NCBI RefSeq assembly: GCF_009834535.1
Contig: NC_045696.1
Span: 115,446,001 to 115,510,000 of the forward strand
Source: Camelus ferus
Lineage: Eukaryota
Direction: 5' to 3'
Length of the DNA: 64,000 nt
Shown here: piece after piece, positions 25,130 through 38,628 of the stretch
How positions within the stretch are numbered: the first letter of the stretch is position 1
Layout: each line of letters opens with the position of its first letter
Position numbers and translations under genes: made by a program
Notes under the pieces: model-generated
Told to the model about the DNA's origin: nothing
What the model saw: only the letters and a program-made list of their open reading frames with translations
Database searches by the model: none

Positions 25130-25620
25130 GGTTCCATGTTTCCCTTATGCCACTTAGTGACTTCAAACAACCACCCTCTTGCTGTTGCTGCGCACCCTTC
25201 TGAGAGTCGGGAATTGAGACAGGGAAGAAGGTGGATTGTGTCTTTCCACGGTGGTTTGGGCTTCAGCTGATTAAGCCCAAACAGTCCGGAGCTGCCTGTG
25301 ACCTCTCCATTGGAGCCATGTGTCTGGGGCCTCAGTTCTGCCTCTGGGCCAGTTTCCTTCAGTCTTTTCCATTTGGTCCCCCGTGTGGTAAACTGAGCTT
25401 TCCCATCATTTGCGCATCTCAAGTGGGAATGCTCCAGATGGGAAGACACACTGTGTAACAACCTATCAAGCCTCTGTTTGTGTCATACTTACTAATGTCC
25501 CGTTGACCAAAGCAAGTCACTTGGTCAAGTCCAGAGTCCATGTGGAAGCGGGGTGTACAAGGGGGGAGCATGAGGGGTAGAGTTCACTGAGGGTTATCAA
25601 TGCAACAGTCTATCTCAACT
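25130..25620 (-). mobile_element. Old MaLR LTR (MLT1I/J-like)
   Basis: ttagtgacttcaaacaaccac...ctaatgtcccgttgaccaaagcaagtcacttggtcaagtccagagtc. Confidence 0.65.
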
Positions 25621-25628
25621 CCATCACC

Positions 25629-25991
25629 TGTGGTCTGAAGGTTCAGGCCCACCTTCCTGTCCAATATTCATATGTTGATCCTAATGCCCAGTGGGATGGT
25701 ACTAGATGATATTAGAAGGTGGTGCTTAGGTCCTGAGTGGAGCCCTCACCAGTGGGATCAGTGCTCCTATAAAAGAGACCCCGCAGAGCTTCTTAGCTCC
25801 TTCCACCATGTGAGGACACCACCAGAAGGCAGCAGTCTGCAGCCCAGAAAAGGGCCTTCACCTGCCCCTGACTCTGCTTGGAACCCTGATCTTGGACTTC
25901 CAGCCTCCAAAATTGTGAGAAAGAAATTTGTGTTATCTACAAGCCTCCCCATCTGTGGTATTTTCTTATAGCAACCCAAACAGACTTTACA
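25629..25991 (+). mobile_element. MaLR solo LTR (MLT1A-like)
   Basis: tgtggtctgaa...ttcatatgttga...ggagccctcaccagtgggatcagtgctcctataaaagagacccc...cttggacttccagcctccaaaattgtgagaa...ttatagcaacccaaacagact. Confidence 0.85.
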
Positions 25992-26726
25992 GAAGAAGTT
26001 CACTCTGGCTTTGGGTTAGAACAGTGTCTTTTGATCTGCAAAAGCCAGAGAATTTTTTTTTTTTAATGATGGTCTACTCGTTCGCCCAAATATATAAAGC
26101 TGGGCACTGCAGAACTGCTGTTACAGATGAAGAGAAGCAGGAGTTGAGGGGGCCTGTAGGTCCCCTTTCCTTCCTATGGTACCTTGATAAGTATATTACC
26201 CTGATGTCCCCCAGGGCTGGGGAACAGAGCCAGATGATTCCTAGTTTGGACAATGTAAATTACTTAAACATACCTCAATATATAAATCATTTACCCCTGA
26301 CTTTTGATTGCTGTCTTCTCCTTAAAGGGCCCCATATTTATCTTCATGTCTGAACTTTTATACTTTGCCTTTTGCCTAATGATATTGGAATTCTTTAGAG
26401 TACCAGGAAAGTATTTTGTCTTCCATTAACAATTTAAAAAAAAAAATCTTTGGCTTTGGGCATTGTCTCTGAATTCTCAGAGAAGATTCTTATTCTATCC
26501 TAACTTTAGCAGAATCTGCCCTCCTCCTCCCTGATCAAAGAAACTCCCACCTTTTGGGGCCTGGTAGGCCCTTCAGCCAAGCTAGAGTTTAGACAATGTG
26601 CATCCAATTTTACATCATTCTAGGGGACTTAATATAAATATCCAAAGAATCTTTGATAATTTATTTAAGAGTAACTTTGAGTCTTCTAGTTTTCATGGTA
26701 TTGATTTTCAACCATTTCTATCAATA

Positions 26727-27642
26727 GCAGTGCCTTTAGAATTGAATGAGAAAGCTCTCTACACCCAGTGTCCAAGACCTGAAGCTTTCATATAATCTAG
26801 TTAACCAGCAGCACAGACTGTAAGCCCCCACTCCCTTCTTTTGACAACAAGTACTTCAGAAGGCTTCCTTACTATCCTGAAATGACAATCATACTTACTG
26901 AACTATCTATACACATTAAATATTAATATAATTCTCAAATTCTAATGTAAGCATAATATAAAAGAAATGTAATTTATAATAAAATAATAGAATTTGGATA
27001 CACAAATCCTATGACACTACTGGACTAGATGATAAATTAAGTAGCCAGGTGTTTCCACTTAACTGCAGAATTCCTGAAATGTGACAGCTTCAAATACAGA
27101 TTAAAATAAGAATATGTGCTGAAGTCCCAAATATCATGAAAAGCATTGCTGTTGGCATGTAATTTTCTGAAGTCACTAACTAACAACTCTACTTAAAATT
27201 CCTTACAAAACAAAGCAAGATCTTCACTCTATAAACACAGTAGTTATATTTCTGGAGCATTTCGCATACAGTTAAAAAGTGTTAAAAAAATACTTTGAGT
27301 TTACTATGAAAAGTTGCTGTTTTGGGGCTCAGGTAAATACAAACATTAGGCTTTTCAGCCATTTGACTGTCTAGCGAGCAATTCTTTGAAAGCTGTGCAT
27401 AATAAAGAACATTTCTGTATCATGCCAGATGGTCTCAAGAATTGCAAGATGTCCATCATCCTAGGCTTCTGCCCAATAAATGCCTGTTCACATCCATCAA
27501 TCAACACATCAGTTAAAAAAAAAGTCCTCATTGGAATTTGACACAATATTGTAAGATGACTATGACTCAATAAAAAAATGTAAAAAAAAAAAAAAAGGTC
27601 CAATTTCCCTATAGAGGGCAATACCACTCCACTGAGAGCTAC
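26727..27642. mobile_element. hAT-Charlie DNA transposon fossil (MER20/MER119-like right end)
   Basis: Right end ttgcaagatgtccatcatcctaggcttctgcccaataaatgcc...gggcaataccactcccactgagagctact resembles the MER20-family terminus. Left boundary uncertain. Confidence 0.45.
27528..27596 (+). mobile_element. ~70-bp L1 3'-terminal insertion
   Basis: ggaatttgacacaatattgtaagatgactatgactcaataaaaaaatgtaaaa..., flanked by aaaaaaagtcc / aaaaaaggtcc. Confidence 0.8.
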
Positions 27643-30600
27643 TTATCAAGTTAAAAGTTTGTCAGATCCAGGTTGTTGCTTCCAACAGAGGCGAGGTCCA
27701 GCACAGGTAGACAGGACTCATTTCTTGAAGGGATTCAAAAGATCTTTTCCTTTGAAATTATATAAATATTTTCTGAACCTCCTCTTTCTGTGTTTAATCA
27801 CACTCGGGCAAGAATCCTTCATTATGCTGAGCCTCAATCTCTCTCCTTTTAGCTAAAGCACAATTCCTGCTGTAGGACTAAAAATAATCCATGGCATCTT
27901 AAAATATGCATACTCCCATTAGAAGGTAGGTTCGTCTATGAGTTTTCACTTCACCAGAGGACAAAATGTGACTGCATGGTAGCAGGCCAGCCATCTGAAC
28001 AGTTGGCCATCTTTCACGGTATTGCCAGGATGTCAAATCAAGAGCTATTTTACTTGAATTATTTACTAAATCCATTTGTTATTTTAGTGTCACATCATCT
28101 CTTTATTAGGTCTGTGTTTTCTAGCTCATTTTCTTCACTATTGAGAATGATAAAAAGATGAATGGAGCTGAGCATTACTGGGGACATGTATCTCCTCAAG
28201 AGTGATGCAAGATGGCCGACTTCTTCTGTCAGTCTGACCAACCCCCCCTCAAAGTTCTGTGCAAGTCTATAACTGAAAGAAAGAGGGGGGTGGTGTTTAA
28301 AGATATTGGTAGAGTCCTGAGTTGTTTGTTTAGACAAGGGCACCGTGGTTTTCTCTCCTCTTTACAAGGGGACAGTTTGTACTTTCACTTCTGGGTATAG
28401 TAAGAGTACATGGGTTTTTAATGGGGTCAGTGAGTATCTTGGGATGTAGCCATGTCTTGCTGTGACCAGGAGGCAGAGCATGCCTGCGTCGAGGAGCTAT
28501 ACTATGCACCACAAGTGGCAGAAGAGGGTACAGGCTTGGCCCAGAGGGTAGAAAAGATTTACCTGGAGTGATTGGAAAGATCTAGAATCAGAAAAGGGAA
28601 GTGCAAGACAACATGGCTGGAGTCAGTCTTGGAGAACAATAATGTTTTTCATGTTTTATATCCCTAAGTCCCCCTGGTTATTTAGTTCGTTATGCCTAGA
28701 TTGACACATTGATGTAACACTGATAGCAGTTTTGTGAGCACTCTGAGGTCCTTTGCTTCAACAAAAATATTTCCGTTACATACACGTCTTCACTGAATTA
28801 TTCAACATGAACTGAGTTTTTGTACTTACATCCATGTACTCTTTATTATAGGATATTATGCTTGCCAATAATTGCTTTGTTGAACCGAGATTCATAAAAA
28901 GGCTTAAATCATCTTGCCATGTCTTGCGGGAAGTCTAATACCATCCCTATTTTCCTGTCGAATGTCATGGTAATTTCTGTCTCTGATGTCCTGCATCCAC
29001 TAAATATTTGTTTTCTGTATGTCCATCGTACTGTCACACAACATTGGCCCAAAGGGACTCAGCCCTTTTTTGTTTAGACACACACACACCATTCTCACAC
29101 ACATACACACAACTCACACTAGGCCATTCTGCATATAACTGAGTTTATTGAAAGTTTTCAAAGTACAGGAAACTTATCGGATAAATATAAGTAATTTAAA
29201 ATGCCTTTTCTGACTTTTTGGGACAGATCCATTTATTCACTCTGGATCTCCTCCTGTACCCACTCCCTCCTCCGCACCACAAACACACAATTACCTCTCA
29301 CCTTAGCAAAGGGCATGGCAACAGTACATTTTGTTTCATCATCAAAATATATTAGCCTCCCAGCCTATCATCTAAGCATAAATCAATTTTGGTCCAAACA
29401 TCATTTTTTATTATATCATTAATATTACTAGTCATTAATTTCAAAACAGAGAATTTTTGAAAATTGAACTAGATAATGTTCTTTCACTTGCAAATGACAG
29501 AAATTCCTCTCAAACTACTTTGAACACAACAACAATTTGTTGATACTTTTCTTTTTGGACGTCCCTCATATTTTGACCCAATAAACCCCACGCCACATTT
29601 TCTTATTTCCAAAAAATTCTGAAAAAATTACTGTTGCTCTTCTTGGCTCTGGTTTCCTCACCTACAAAGTGGAAGTTTGACCTCTGGGATTCTCCCACTT
29701 CTTCTGCGGTGCTGTGACTGATACGTTCTCTCTCTTCCTAACTATGGAGTGAAAGGCTGTACGCTTTTAAAATTGTGTTTATTCTACAGTAAAGCAGTTT
29801 AAGGGAAGTATTTTGAAGGGTCATAAGTAACTCTCAACTTTCCTATGATGAGTGACCATGAAGACATCCAGCTATTCCTTCTCTGGTCTAGAGCAGGGTT
29901 AGCGCAAGCCCTGAGAAGTCTGTGTACTTCGAAAATCTTCACAGCTTTCGTTATGATGCTGACAATGGACCCTTCTCCTTTCCCTGTTTAATTATCGCAT
30001 CATTCAAAATGCTGGGCGTTTACCCTCATTCATCACACTGAGGGCCATAAACGTCATGCAGAGGTTGGTGTGTATAAATTATCATTTCCTTTATTTGTGT
30101 TAATTAGGTTAAACATCAGGGCTTAAAACAGACACAAACATTATTTTGAAAATGTTCTGTATTTCGTGATCAGGTTGAAATAATAAATCCTCGATGCCTA
30201 AAGTCAAAGACAAAACTAATCATTACCAATTTCCCTTCCATTTTTCTATGTTTATTTGTAAATTTATTTATTTAAGAAAAAACACTGTTTAGTGTATACC
30301 CACTTATTTCCAAAAAGTATCTGAAGCAGTTTAAAAGAAAAACACACACTTGAGGAGTTCTTGAAATGATTAAATAAAATTAAAATTTAAAAACATGGAC
30401 AGAACCTGCATTTGGTCTCGACAAAGCAATTTGGACAATATTTCATTGTTTACAAAGTTTTGGCTTTTCCAGATAGGGTGTTTCTACTTCCCCATTCTCA
30501 TGGTAGCAGGATGTACATCTTATATTTTGTTGATAATTTTTTAATGGTCTCATCTTCTGTAAATGTCAGCATGCCAGGAATATGAGATCCATCTCCCTCA

Positions 30601-31007
30601 TTGGTATTTTCCTCTTCCAGCAACTCTATCAAATCAAAGAGCTCAAAAGGCAAAAGCCCTTATGTTTAGTACCAAATAGTTGACCCTTCACTGATATTAA
30701 TTTCTGACATTTCTATTGGCTTTCTCTCTTATTTAAATCCTATTATGATTTCAGCTTTTATAAAGGTAAAAATTGTCTTAAGATTAGAAGTTAATTTATG
30801 TAATGTATTGTGGCATGGTATTCAAAACCCAATCATTCCTTGGTAAGACATTGATTCTGACCAATTAAAATAGAGATCACTGTAATTAATCAGTAAGTAA
30901 TAAAAACTGTGTCAGAATGTTCCAGGGCCATGGAGTATCTCCTGTGCACCCCTCTATTATGTGCTGGCTGTTCTATAGACATTAAACCTTTTAGTTGAAA
31001 ACTCTAC

Positions 31008-31492
31008 TGTCAACTGAAAAAATAAAATAAAAGCACAATGTGAGAGTTGTGAGTTAAGTTTTATTTGGGGCTAAGTGAGGACTATTATCTGGGGGGGCAG
31101 CTTCTCAGGTAGCTCTGAGGAACTGCTCCAAAGAAATAGGAGGGAGGTCAGTATACATGTAGGTTTAGTGAAAGAGATAAATGTGCAATCAAGCACACAT
31201 TTTGGCAGAGGGTTGCCATTAGTCTCTGGAAGGTTACTGCTACTCACGAGGAGTTAGTCTCCATTAATGATTTTAGTGCTTTTCTAGATATGAGGAGATA
31301 CAAGAGAACAGGTGCATAAAATTTCCTGAAAATATCTAATTATCTGAAGTCTGTTCTGTCAATTTTTCCTAGAGCACAGGGTGCCTCATTCCTGATCTCT
31401 ACCCTGAATGCCTTTAAGGGTGTGTTGAAGGTCAGTGGCTTGTGACTTCATTCTTGTATAAGCAGATGGCGAGTGACAATTTTTAGCTGACT
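31008..31492 (-). mobile_element. ERV1-class solo LTR
   Basis: Termini tgtcaact...agctgact, perfect 4-bp TSD ctac/ctac, TTTATT (minus-strand polyA signal) near 31060. Confidence 0.85.
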
Positions 31493-32155
31493 CTACAAAG
31501 CTGATGTTATTTTACAGCGTTAGAGAAGAGGGCTCAGAGAGAATAGGAGACTCATCAAGATGACACAATTGATCACTTTTTAATTTTTTTTGTTAATTGT
31601 TAAGCATAATAGAAATGAATTTCACTCACAGGTTAAACATATTCAGAAGTAGACAGTCCATGATTTGTATGTCTTCATGGACTCACTGTCAACGTATGTA
31701 CTTAACATGCATCCTCAAGTTGGCCTCATTACCCAAAATGGCTGCTAAACATATGAAAATCACATCTGTATTTCACAGAAGAAACTATGGTGAAGATAGA
31801 TCATGTCCCTTACAGCTGTGTGTCCCACTCTTAAGGACTTCTCTTGGAAACCCTCCACATGCAACAACAATGCTACTGATCGGGGAGTGGGGAAGAAGAA
31901 AACATTTCTGTTTCCAAGGCAAAATCAAGGATGGATTTGGGGCAAACAACTAGTAATCTCTACCATGCAGGACTAGGAAGTGGCAGAGTCAAGATCTCAA
32001 CCCAGGTCTCCCTTATTTCCCATTCCTCAATCATGTAGCCTATCACATGGTATAAGAACCCAGAGTTAAGAAACAAACCTTCACTTCTGTTTCTTTTTAT
32101 ATGTATCACAGTCTCAGCATAATATGGGGAGTGATACATGTTTGTTAAGTGCATG

Positions 32156-32720
32156 TGTTACCCCAAAAGGGGAAGGCCTCAGTTCTTGTTTTGCTTGAAA
32201 GAGAAGATTTCAAATGGGAAACAAAAGTGTTGTGTAGTTAAGATATAAAAATTTTTATTAGCAAAGCGGAAGTACACCTCCAAGAGCAGGAGGTGGGCTG
32301 ATCCGAGAGCAGGTGGCAGCCTGGGTCTTCCTTAGTCCTCCATCTTATACCCTCGCTTAGAGGCCGTCTCTTGATTGACTGACGGCTCTTGCCCCTGGAG
32401 TGCTGAGTCATGCTCGTCTCCTTTAGCGCATATCCTTATCCATGATGCACACAGAAAAACCCATGGGGGGCGGTACTAAACTGCAATGCTAATTATATTA
32501 CAATGAGCATTGGATCATGTCCAGTTAGGACCAGTTAGGTCCTTGTTGATACTGCACAGTCCCAGCCGTCCAGTCCGGTCCCAACCAGTTTCTTGCTGGT
32601 GCTCATTTAGAGGAAGTAAAGCTCCTTTATGCTGAAAATGGACATACAACCATCTTCTGGACCATCCTCCCTTTCTTCCACCTCATCTGCCCGGTGCCCC
32701 ACTTCTCTAACTGCCTAACA
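32156..32720 (-). mobile_element. ERV solo LTR inserted in an L2 3' end
   Basis: TGTTA...TAACA inverted termini, TSD catg/gatg, TTTATT near 32254; flanks read tttgttaagtgcatg | gatgaatgaatgaatg (L2 tail). Confidence 0.85.
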
Positions 32721-35125
32721 GATGAATGAATGAATGCATGAGGGCAAGAAAAGAGAGAAGAACGGATGAATGGAGTGACAGCTACCGGTAGGTGAGGTGG
32801 TGCATATTCCTATATACTACTGCTTTATTTTCTAAATAGTTGAGGTAGAGCTTAGGATGGATTGGTGTTGGTGGTCAGAAATCAAGGAAGCAAACTGAAG
32901 TCTCAAATTTGAATGTTGTGTACGTCTTATTGTTAACAATCAGCAGTTAAAGCACGTTGTAAAAATCTTTGAAACTTCAAAGGCAGTAAATAACTACCAG
33001 CTCCAGCCACTCATATTCATTCTTTTATTTATTCATTTCTTTTCTAAACATTTATTTCATTTATATGCAGAAATCGATTTCTTTTTTGAATGACTGTATT
33101 TTATAAAGTTTTGATAGCCGAGCTCTCAGAATCTCTAGTCTGAAGTGAAAAGCGCGTTGGATAAGTAAAACAATTATTTAATACTTCAGGAACATTTTGT
33201 TCCATTTGCTGTAAAAGCAATTATCAGGGCAGCTGTTTTGATCTCCATTTCAAGCATTGTTTGTCAATGAAGCTAAATCAACCATTCAGCTCTTGATTAT
33301 TCTGTATTCTCTTTTTAAGTTAAACACACACACGAAAACACACACACACACACAGCCATGTAGTTCACCTAACCTGATTATTTTATGAAATTTCCATTAT
33401 CTAGTGAGCTCAATGACTCTTACTGAAGTTGTGGAATTCGGCCTCTTTGGCAAGTAATAATTAGATGTGTGGTGAATCTGCTACTTCTTTTGGGGGGCAA
33501 ATTGCTTATGCGTGACATTACACCTAAATTTGGCACACAGGGGAGACAGCAATAGACTATTTCCAGCCTGCTCAGCTCCAAATTGCTTGCACTTAAAGCA
33601 GAGATTCCAGAATAAACCCAAACCTTCTCCCCTTAATTAAATCCATCACGGTCAGGATTGCCATCAGACTGCCCACGTGCCTCCGATGCAGTAACATTCT
33701 GCTGTGTCAAATGTTGCTTAAAATAGATGAGTTGCTGATGAGGCCTGGGAAAGAATTTTATAATGTGGGGCCTCAGGTTATAGTGACATTTGTTGGATAA
33801 TAATCTGCCTCCTGAATTTGTTGGTAAGCTTCATCCAAAGATTCAGGTTTCTTTAATATGCATGCCATGCCAGTTAGTAGGCCAGTTTTAAAGGTTCAGG
33901 CTGTTTCAAAATAATGACCAAAACTAAATGTGGGAAAACAAAGGTAGAAATGAATTACCAAAAGCCAGGCAAGAGTATTTTCCTTTCTGATAACAAACGT
34001 CACCTGCTTCATTTTCTATTTGCTGGGAAAAAATTGATTTTGCTGGGAGAGAATATAAAAAAAGGGAAATGCACGGAAGTAACAGAAGACATGTAGCTGA
34101 TTCTGGGTAGCAGGACCACTGGCAGGAATCATACGAGTTTTAGGAAATATATAACGGGAGTGAGATTTGCCTCCAAAGTGCAGAGCCGTCTCATCTTAAA
34201 ATGGTAACAAGAATAGGCAGCTAGTTAACTCCTCTATCTCACCACTCCCAGTACGGCGGTGTTGCTGTACGCTTATACTGGGGACCACGGTTGCAGGATA
34301 TTGTAATCTTCTTCTTTCCTTGCTTCATTTAACAATAGTTGGCAGGGGATGCCCACTTCAGTTACCTGGACCTGTCAACCCCGATCCGTTACTGGGGCCA
34401 GCACTCAGAAGGCAGTCTCTTAACCAGACATCACATCAGCCAGTCATTCAAAAGAAAGGATCTTTCCAATTTAGAGGAAATCAGCGCTGGAGGAAATTGG
34501 TTGTTAAAATCGACAGCACCTTGCCCCTTATACACACACACACACACACACACGCACACACCCCTCCTTTTCAGCTGCCTCTATTGCCCTTGGGCCCAAG
34601 GTTAAGTTGCAGTGTTGGAGGAGTGAGAAGATGCTAAGCCCATCAGATGGGAAGTGACTCCTGAGGAGGCTGCCCGTAGCATGAAGGGGTGAAGGGGTGT
34701 GGTTGGAAATTGACAGCATCTCTGATGACCGAAGCTAGAAAGCTTGGGTCCTAATGACCAGAGAATTGATGGCTCTGGATTAGCTGCCTTGTCCCAGCCC
34801 AAGAACGGCAGCCTGCGCCCACTCCCACTCTGGGCAGCTGAGCACCCTGAAAAGTGCAGTGTGCCCCCCTGGGAGGGAGACGAGTCAGAAACTCTCACTG
34901 CAGGGGCGTGAATTTGAAAATAATAATTATTCAGTACTTCATCTCAAGAGAAGACGTATAATGTAGCTTAATCAACTGAAATGAACTTATCGGCGAAAAT
35001 GAGGAAGATCATAGCTCCCTTAAAGTGATAAAGGTGAAAAACTCCTCCTGAAAATCACGCTGACACCAAACTTTCCTAAAATGCACCATGTTATCAGAGC
35101 AAGCGATGGGATGCCAGTTAAAATA

Positions 35126-35388
35126 CAGTTGGCCCCTGCAACACAGGGGTTTGAACTGTGTGGGTCCCCTTACTGAAGGATTTTTTGCAATAAATGTACA
35201 GTCAGCCCTCGTAATTGCGGGTTCCACATCGGAGGATGGGCGGCTGGTTGAATCTCACCAACACAGAGTCAGAGGGGCTGGAATCTGGGGGTATGAGGAG
35301 GACTGACTTTGGGGCTTGAACACTCATGGATTTTGGTAGTCGGGTGGAACCTGGAACTAATCCCCCCACAGGTACTGAGGGTCAGTTG
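35126..35388. mobile_element. Tigger MITE (MER2B-like)
   Basis: TA|cagttggcccctgcaacacaggggtttgaactg...ggaactaatccccccacaggtactgagggtcagttg|TA. Confidence 0.85.
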
Positions 35389-35562
35389 TATTACTTTCCA
35401 AATGAAAATCAATACATATGAATTGTGAAGCGTTCAGAAACACAGAAAAGCACAAAGGAAAAAAATCACGATTTTCCTTAAGTCTAGAAAACCCATTTAA
35501 ACATCTTGGGGCATTTTTTTTTTTTCAGATCTCTCTCTTTCTCTTTGCCTCTCGCACAAGTC

Positions 35563-35711
35563 TTTTCTTTAGGGGGAGTCTCTTATTTTTTTAAATAAAT
35601 AAAATTAGGTTTATTTATTTATTTTATTTATTTAATGGAGGTATTGGGGACTGAACCCAGAACCTCCTGCATGCTAAGCATGTTCTCTTACCACCGAGCT
35701 GTACCCTCCCC
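35563..35711 (-). mobile_element. Camelid tRNA-derived SINE (vic-1 type)
   Basis: aattaggtttatttattt...ggaggtattggggactgaacccagaacctcctgcatgctaagcatg...gagctgtaccctcccc; flanks cacaagtctt/cacaggtctt. Confidence 0.9.
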
Positions 35712-35904
35712 GTCACAGGTCTTCATTATCATATTCTACACCTTGCTTCTTTTTCACTCAACATTATATTATGAACTTTCATATACTTTACAAAGCATTC
35801 TTCAAAATCACGGAAGTATGTGGTTGTAAAGGAGTCATTCTGTCTTGAAGGATGGAAACCACTCAATTAATTCTCTCTCATCTTTGGACAACAATGAAGA
35901 TTCA

Positions 35905-37578
35905 ACTCCCCAGGAAACTAAGTTTGAGGCTAGATTAGCATTAGTTAGTCGAGGATTGCTCCCTTATTCTGCACTAGTGTGGGGGGGACATGGGGCAGGA
36001 TTGGGCAGAGCAAGAAGTTGGTCCCTGGGGCCATCCGCAAAGGCTACAGATGACCCCACGGTGTACTGTGAAGTTGTAATTGAACCTTCACAGTTGGTCC
36101 AAAGTTAGCCAAAGGGGCCAGGCCTTCAGACCAATTTCACCAGATGCAGGCTACCCCAAAAGTTAGTGAGATCTTGGATGAAGCAACTCTCTTCAGTTAA
36201 GGGCAATTAGATAGCCTCTGTTATAGCCAACTTTAGAAAGCTCACGTTACAGTGTCGAGACAGTGAATGCACTTTGATCAGATGTTCTGCCATAGCCCAG
36301 ACCCAGTCGGCCAACTAGCAGCACTCTTATCAGCCAGTGAAGTAAGGGGTATCCCACCGACACACCGCAACTTCTAAGTCCACCTCTCTCTTTGCTCAAA
36401 TACCCTTCTTTGTTTAAATTCTGGAAGCCATTCTTTCGGGACTATGATGGCTGTATCTTCCTGGAGTGAACTTGAAGAGAAAGATCCATGGAATAAATGA
36501 TAGTTTCTGCCATTGAAGCAGGTCTCCAACACTGATATTTGTTATTTCCCTTCTCTACTAACCATTCCTGTTGCTTCTCACCCTTACCTACCCTCTCCGC
36601 TGGTTGGACTCAGATCCTCCTTCTTAAAGTATCTAGATCTCTTGTCACCATACCCATTTCAATCCTTGGTTGTTGGGCTTGTCCATTTACTATCAAAACT
36701 GGGCAAGGGAGAGCCAAGAGTTGCCCGAGGGGATCATCTGGCTGCTGAGCGTATCCAGCCACACCCACCTTGTGTAAGAGCAGCTCTGTTTCCTCCTGTT
36801 GATGATGGTCAGTTACCCTTGTTACTTCCCCTTGGTCCCTTTGTACTTTGAGTCTGAAGTACCTGGTGGCAGCCACACCTTAAATTTCTGTGGGGCTCTT
36901 TCTATGGTCCCTGGTGGAAGAATAACCACTTGGAAACCAGGAACTGTAAGACACCAGAGCCTAGATTTGTGATGGTGAGAAGCAGAAATTTCCCAAGGAG
37001 TTTCCTCAAAGTGATGGTTTAGTCAGCCTACTCTTATTTTCACCCTTTGGTTTATGGACCCTCCATTCTACTCATGGGAGCAAAGCATGATACAATGCAT
37101 ATTGATTTAGAGTTTATTCCGCATAAAATTTCATCCAAACAGGGTATTGTCTTTAAGATGTTGCCTTAACTGTGTCTTCAGTGTCGGGTTGGAAAAGAAG
37201 GCAGTTCTGGGGAAAAGTAAAGAAGCAAAATTGTAAAGGAGGAGGAGATTAGCTGCACTATCATCACAAAAAAGTCTTAACAAAGTCATCAGAAGATGCC
37301 ATAGGGAGGTTCCAAACAGAAACAGCCTTTCAGTGTTGATTTAAAGAGGGGCAAAGACGCTGGGGCTTTATATCCACACATCAACCAGTCCGTGGATGTA
37401 GGCTGCTTCAGAGACGGGAGTGTGGTCTTGGGCAAACTGCCTCTCTTCAGATGAGAGCCGTTCTTGGAGAGAGCTGACAGCTGAGGGCTGGCAGCTGGCA
37501 GCACTCAAAGAAGCTGACAGAATATGACCTTCTGTCCTTCATAGGTCATGTGGGTGGTGCAGCACAGGGTCCACAACA
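35905..37578 (-). mobile_element. ERVL provirus remnant: LTR16-like / ERV3-16A3-like internal fragment / LTR16-like
   Basis: Two related LTR16-like segments (~35905-36377 and ~37180-37578), a minus-strand PPT caaagagagaggtggac at 36378-36394, and minus ORF 36610..36876 with LLALPCPVLIVNGQAQQP typical of the ERVL post-integrase region. Confidence 0.7.
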
Positions 37579-38097
37579 TATAACTAAGCCAAGTCCAATC
37601 TTGAGAAATATTTCCATAAATATTCATAGCTAGGTAACCAAGTGTCATGACATTTATATGGCTTTTCTTTGTTAGTTTTCCATTTTTGATTTAAAAGAAA
37701 AACCTCTATTATCCCTTTTTACATGAAATACTGCCTTCAAAAGACATTCTTATATTTAGACACTTTCTTTCAATCCAGTGATTAAGTGATTAAATCCCAA
37801 GTGTGTCCTACCTACTTCTACCTGGAATAGCTATGCATTTTGATTGGCTCGCATCCTAGAAAAAAACAAATCCTTGAATAAATAAGAAATAAATTATGTT
37901 TCAAAAAAGTGCTTTTAGTACCTGTGTTTAGTTTGAGACTATTACCCTGGTTCTTGATTCGATAGTTACTGACTAACAGCATGTGGTGGAATATCTGCCT
38001 GCCGCTGTCCACTTCTTCATCTTGATCTCAAGACATCTGTGAACTTGTTGATTTTATACTTTTAATATTGGTTCTTAATCACATTCTGTGCTGACCC

Positions 38098-38628
38098 TGT
38101 ATGACTTGAGGCTCTCCAGAGAAAGAGAGCCAATAGGATATATATGTATATGGATGGATAGATAGATAGATAGATAGACAGATAGATGATAGATCGACCT
38201 AGAGAGCAAGAGAAAGGGTGCAGATATAGATAAAGAATATGTATTTGAATATAAGAAAGGATATTGGCTCACGTGATTATGGAGGTTGAGAAATCCCAAG
38301 ATCTGATCTGAAGTCAGCAAACTGGAGACCCAGGAAAGTTTCCAGTCTGAATCTGAGTCTGAAGGTAGGAGAAGGTAAATGTCCCAACTCAAAACAGTCA
38401 GTCAGAGAGAAGTTGCCTCTGGCCTAGCTTTTTGTTCTAATAAGGTCTTCAGTTGATTGGACGAGGGCCACCCATATTAAAGAGAGGGCAATCTGCTTTA
38501 CTTAGTCTAGTCTTTCAAGTGTTAATCTCATCCAAAACACCCTCACAGATACACTCAGAATAATGTCTGACCAAATGTCTGGGTACCCCGTGGAACAGTC
38601 CAGCAGACAGGTAAAATTAACCATCATA
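38098..38628 (-). mobile_element. ERVL solo LTR (MLT2B-like) containing a (GATA)n tract
   Basis: tgtatg...tctccagagaaagagagccaatagga...ttggctcacgtgattatggagg...gtaaaattaaccatcata; 5-bp TSD gaccc/gacct. Confidence 0.9.
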
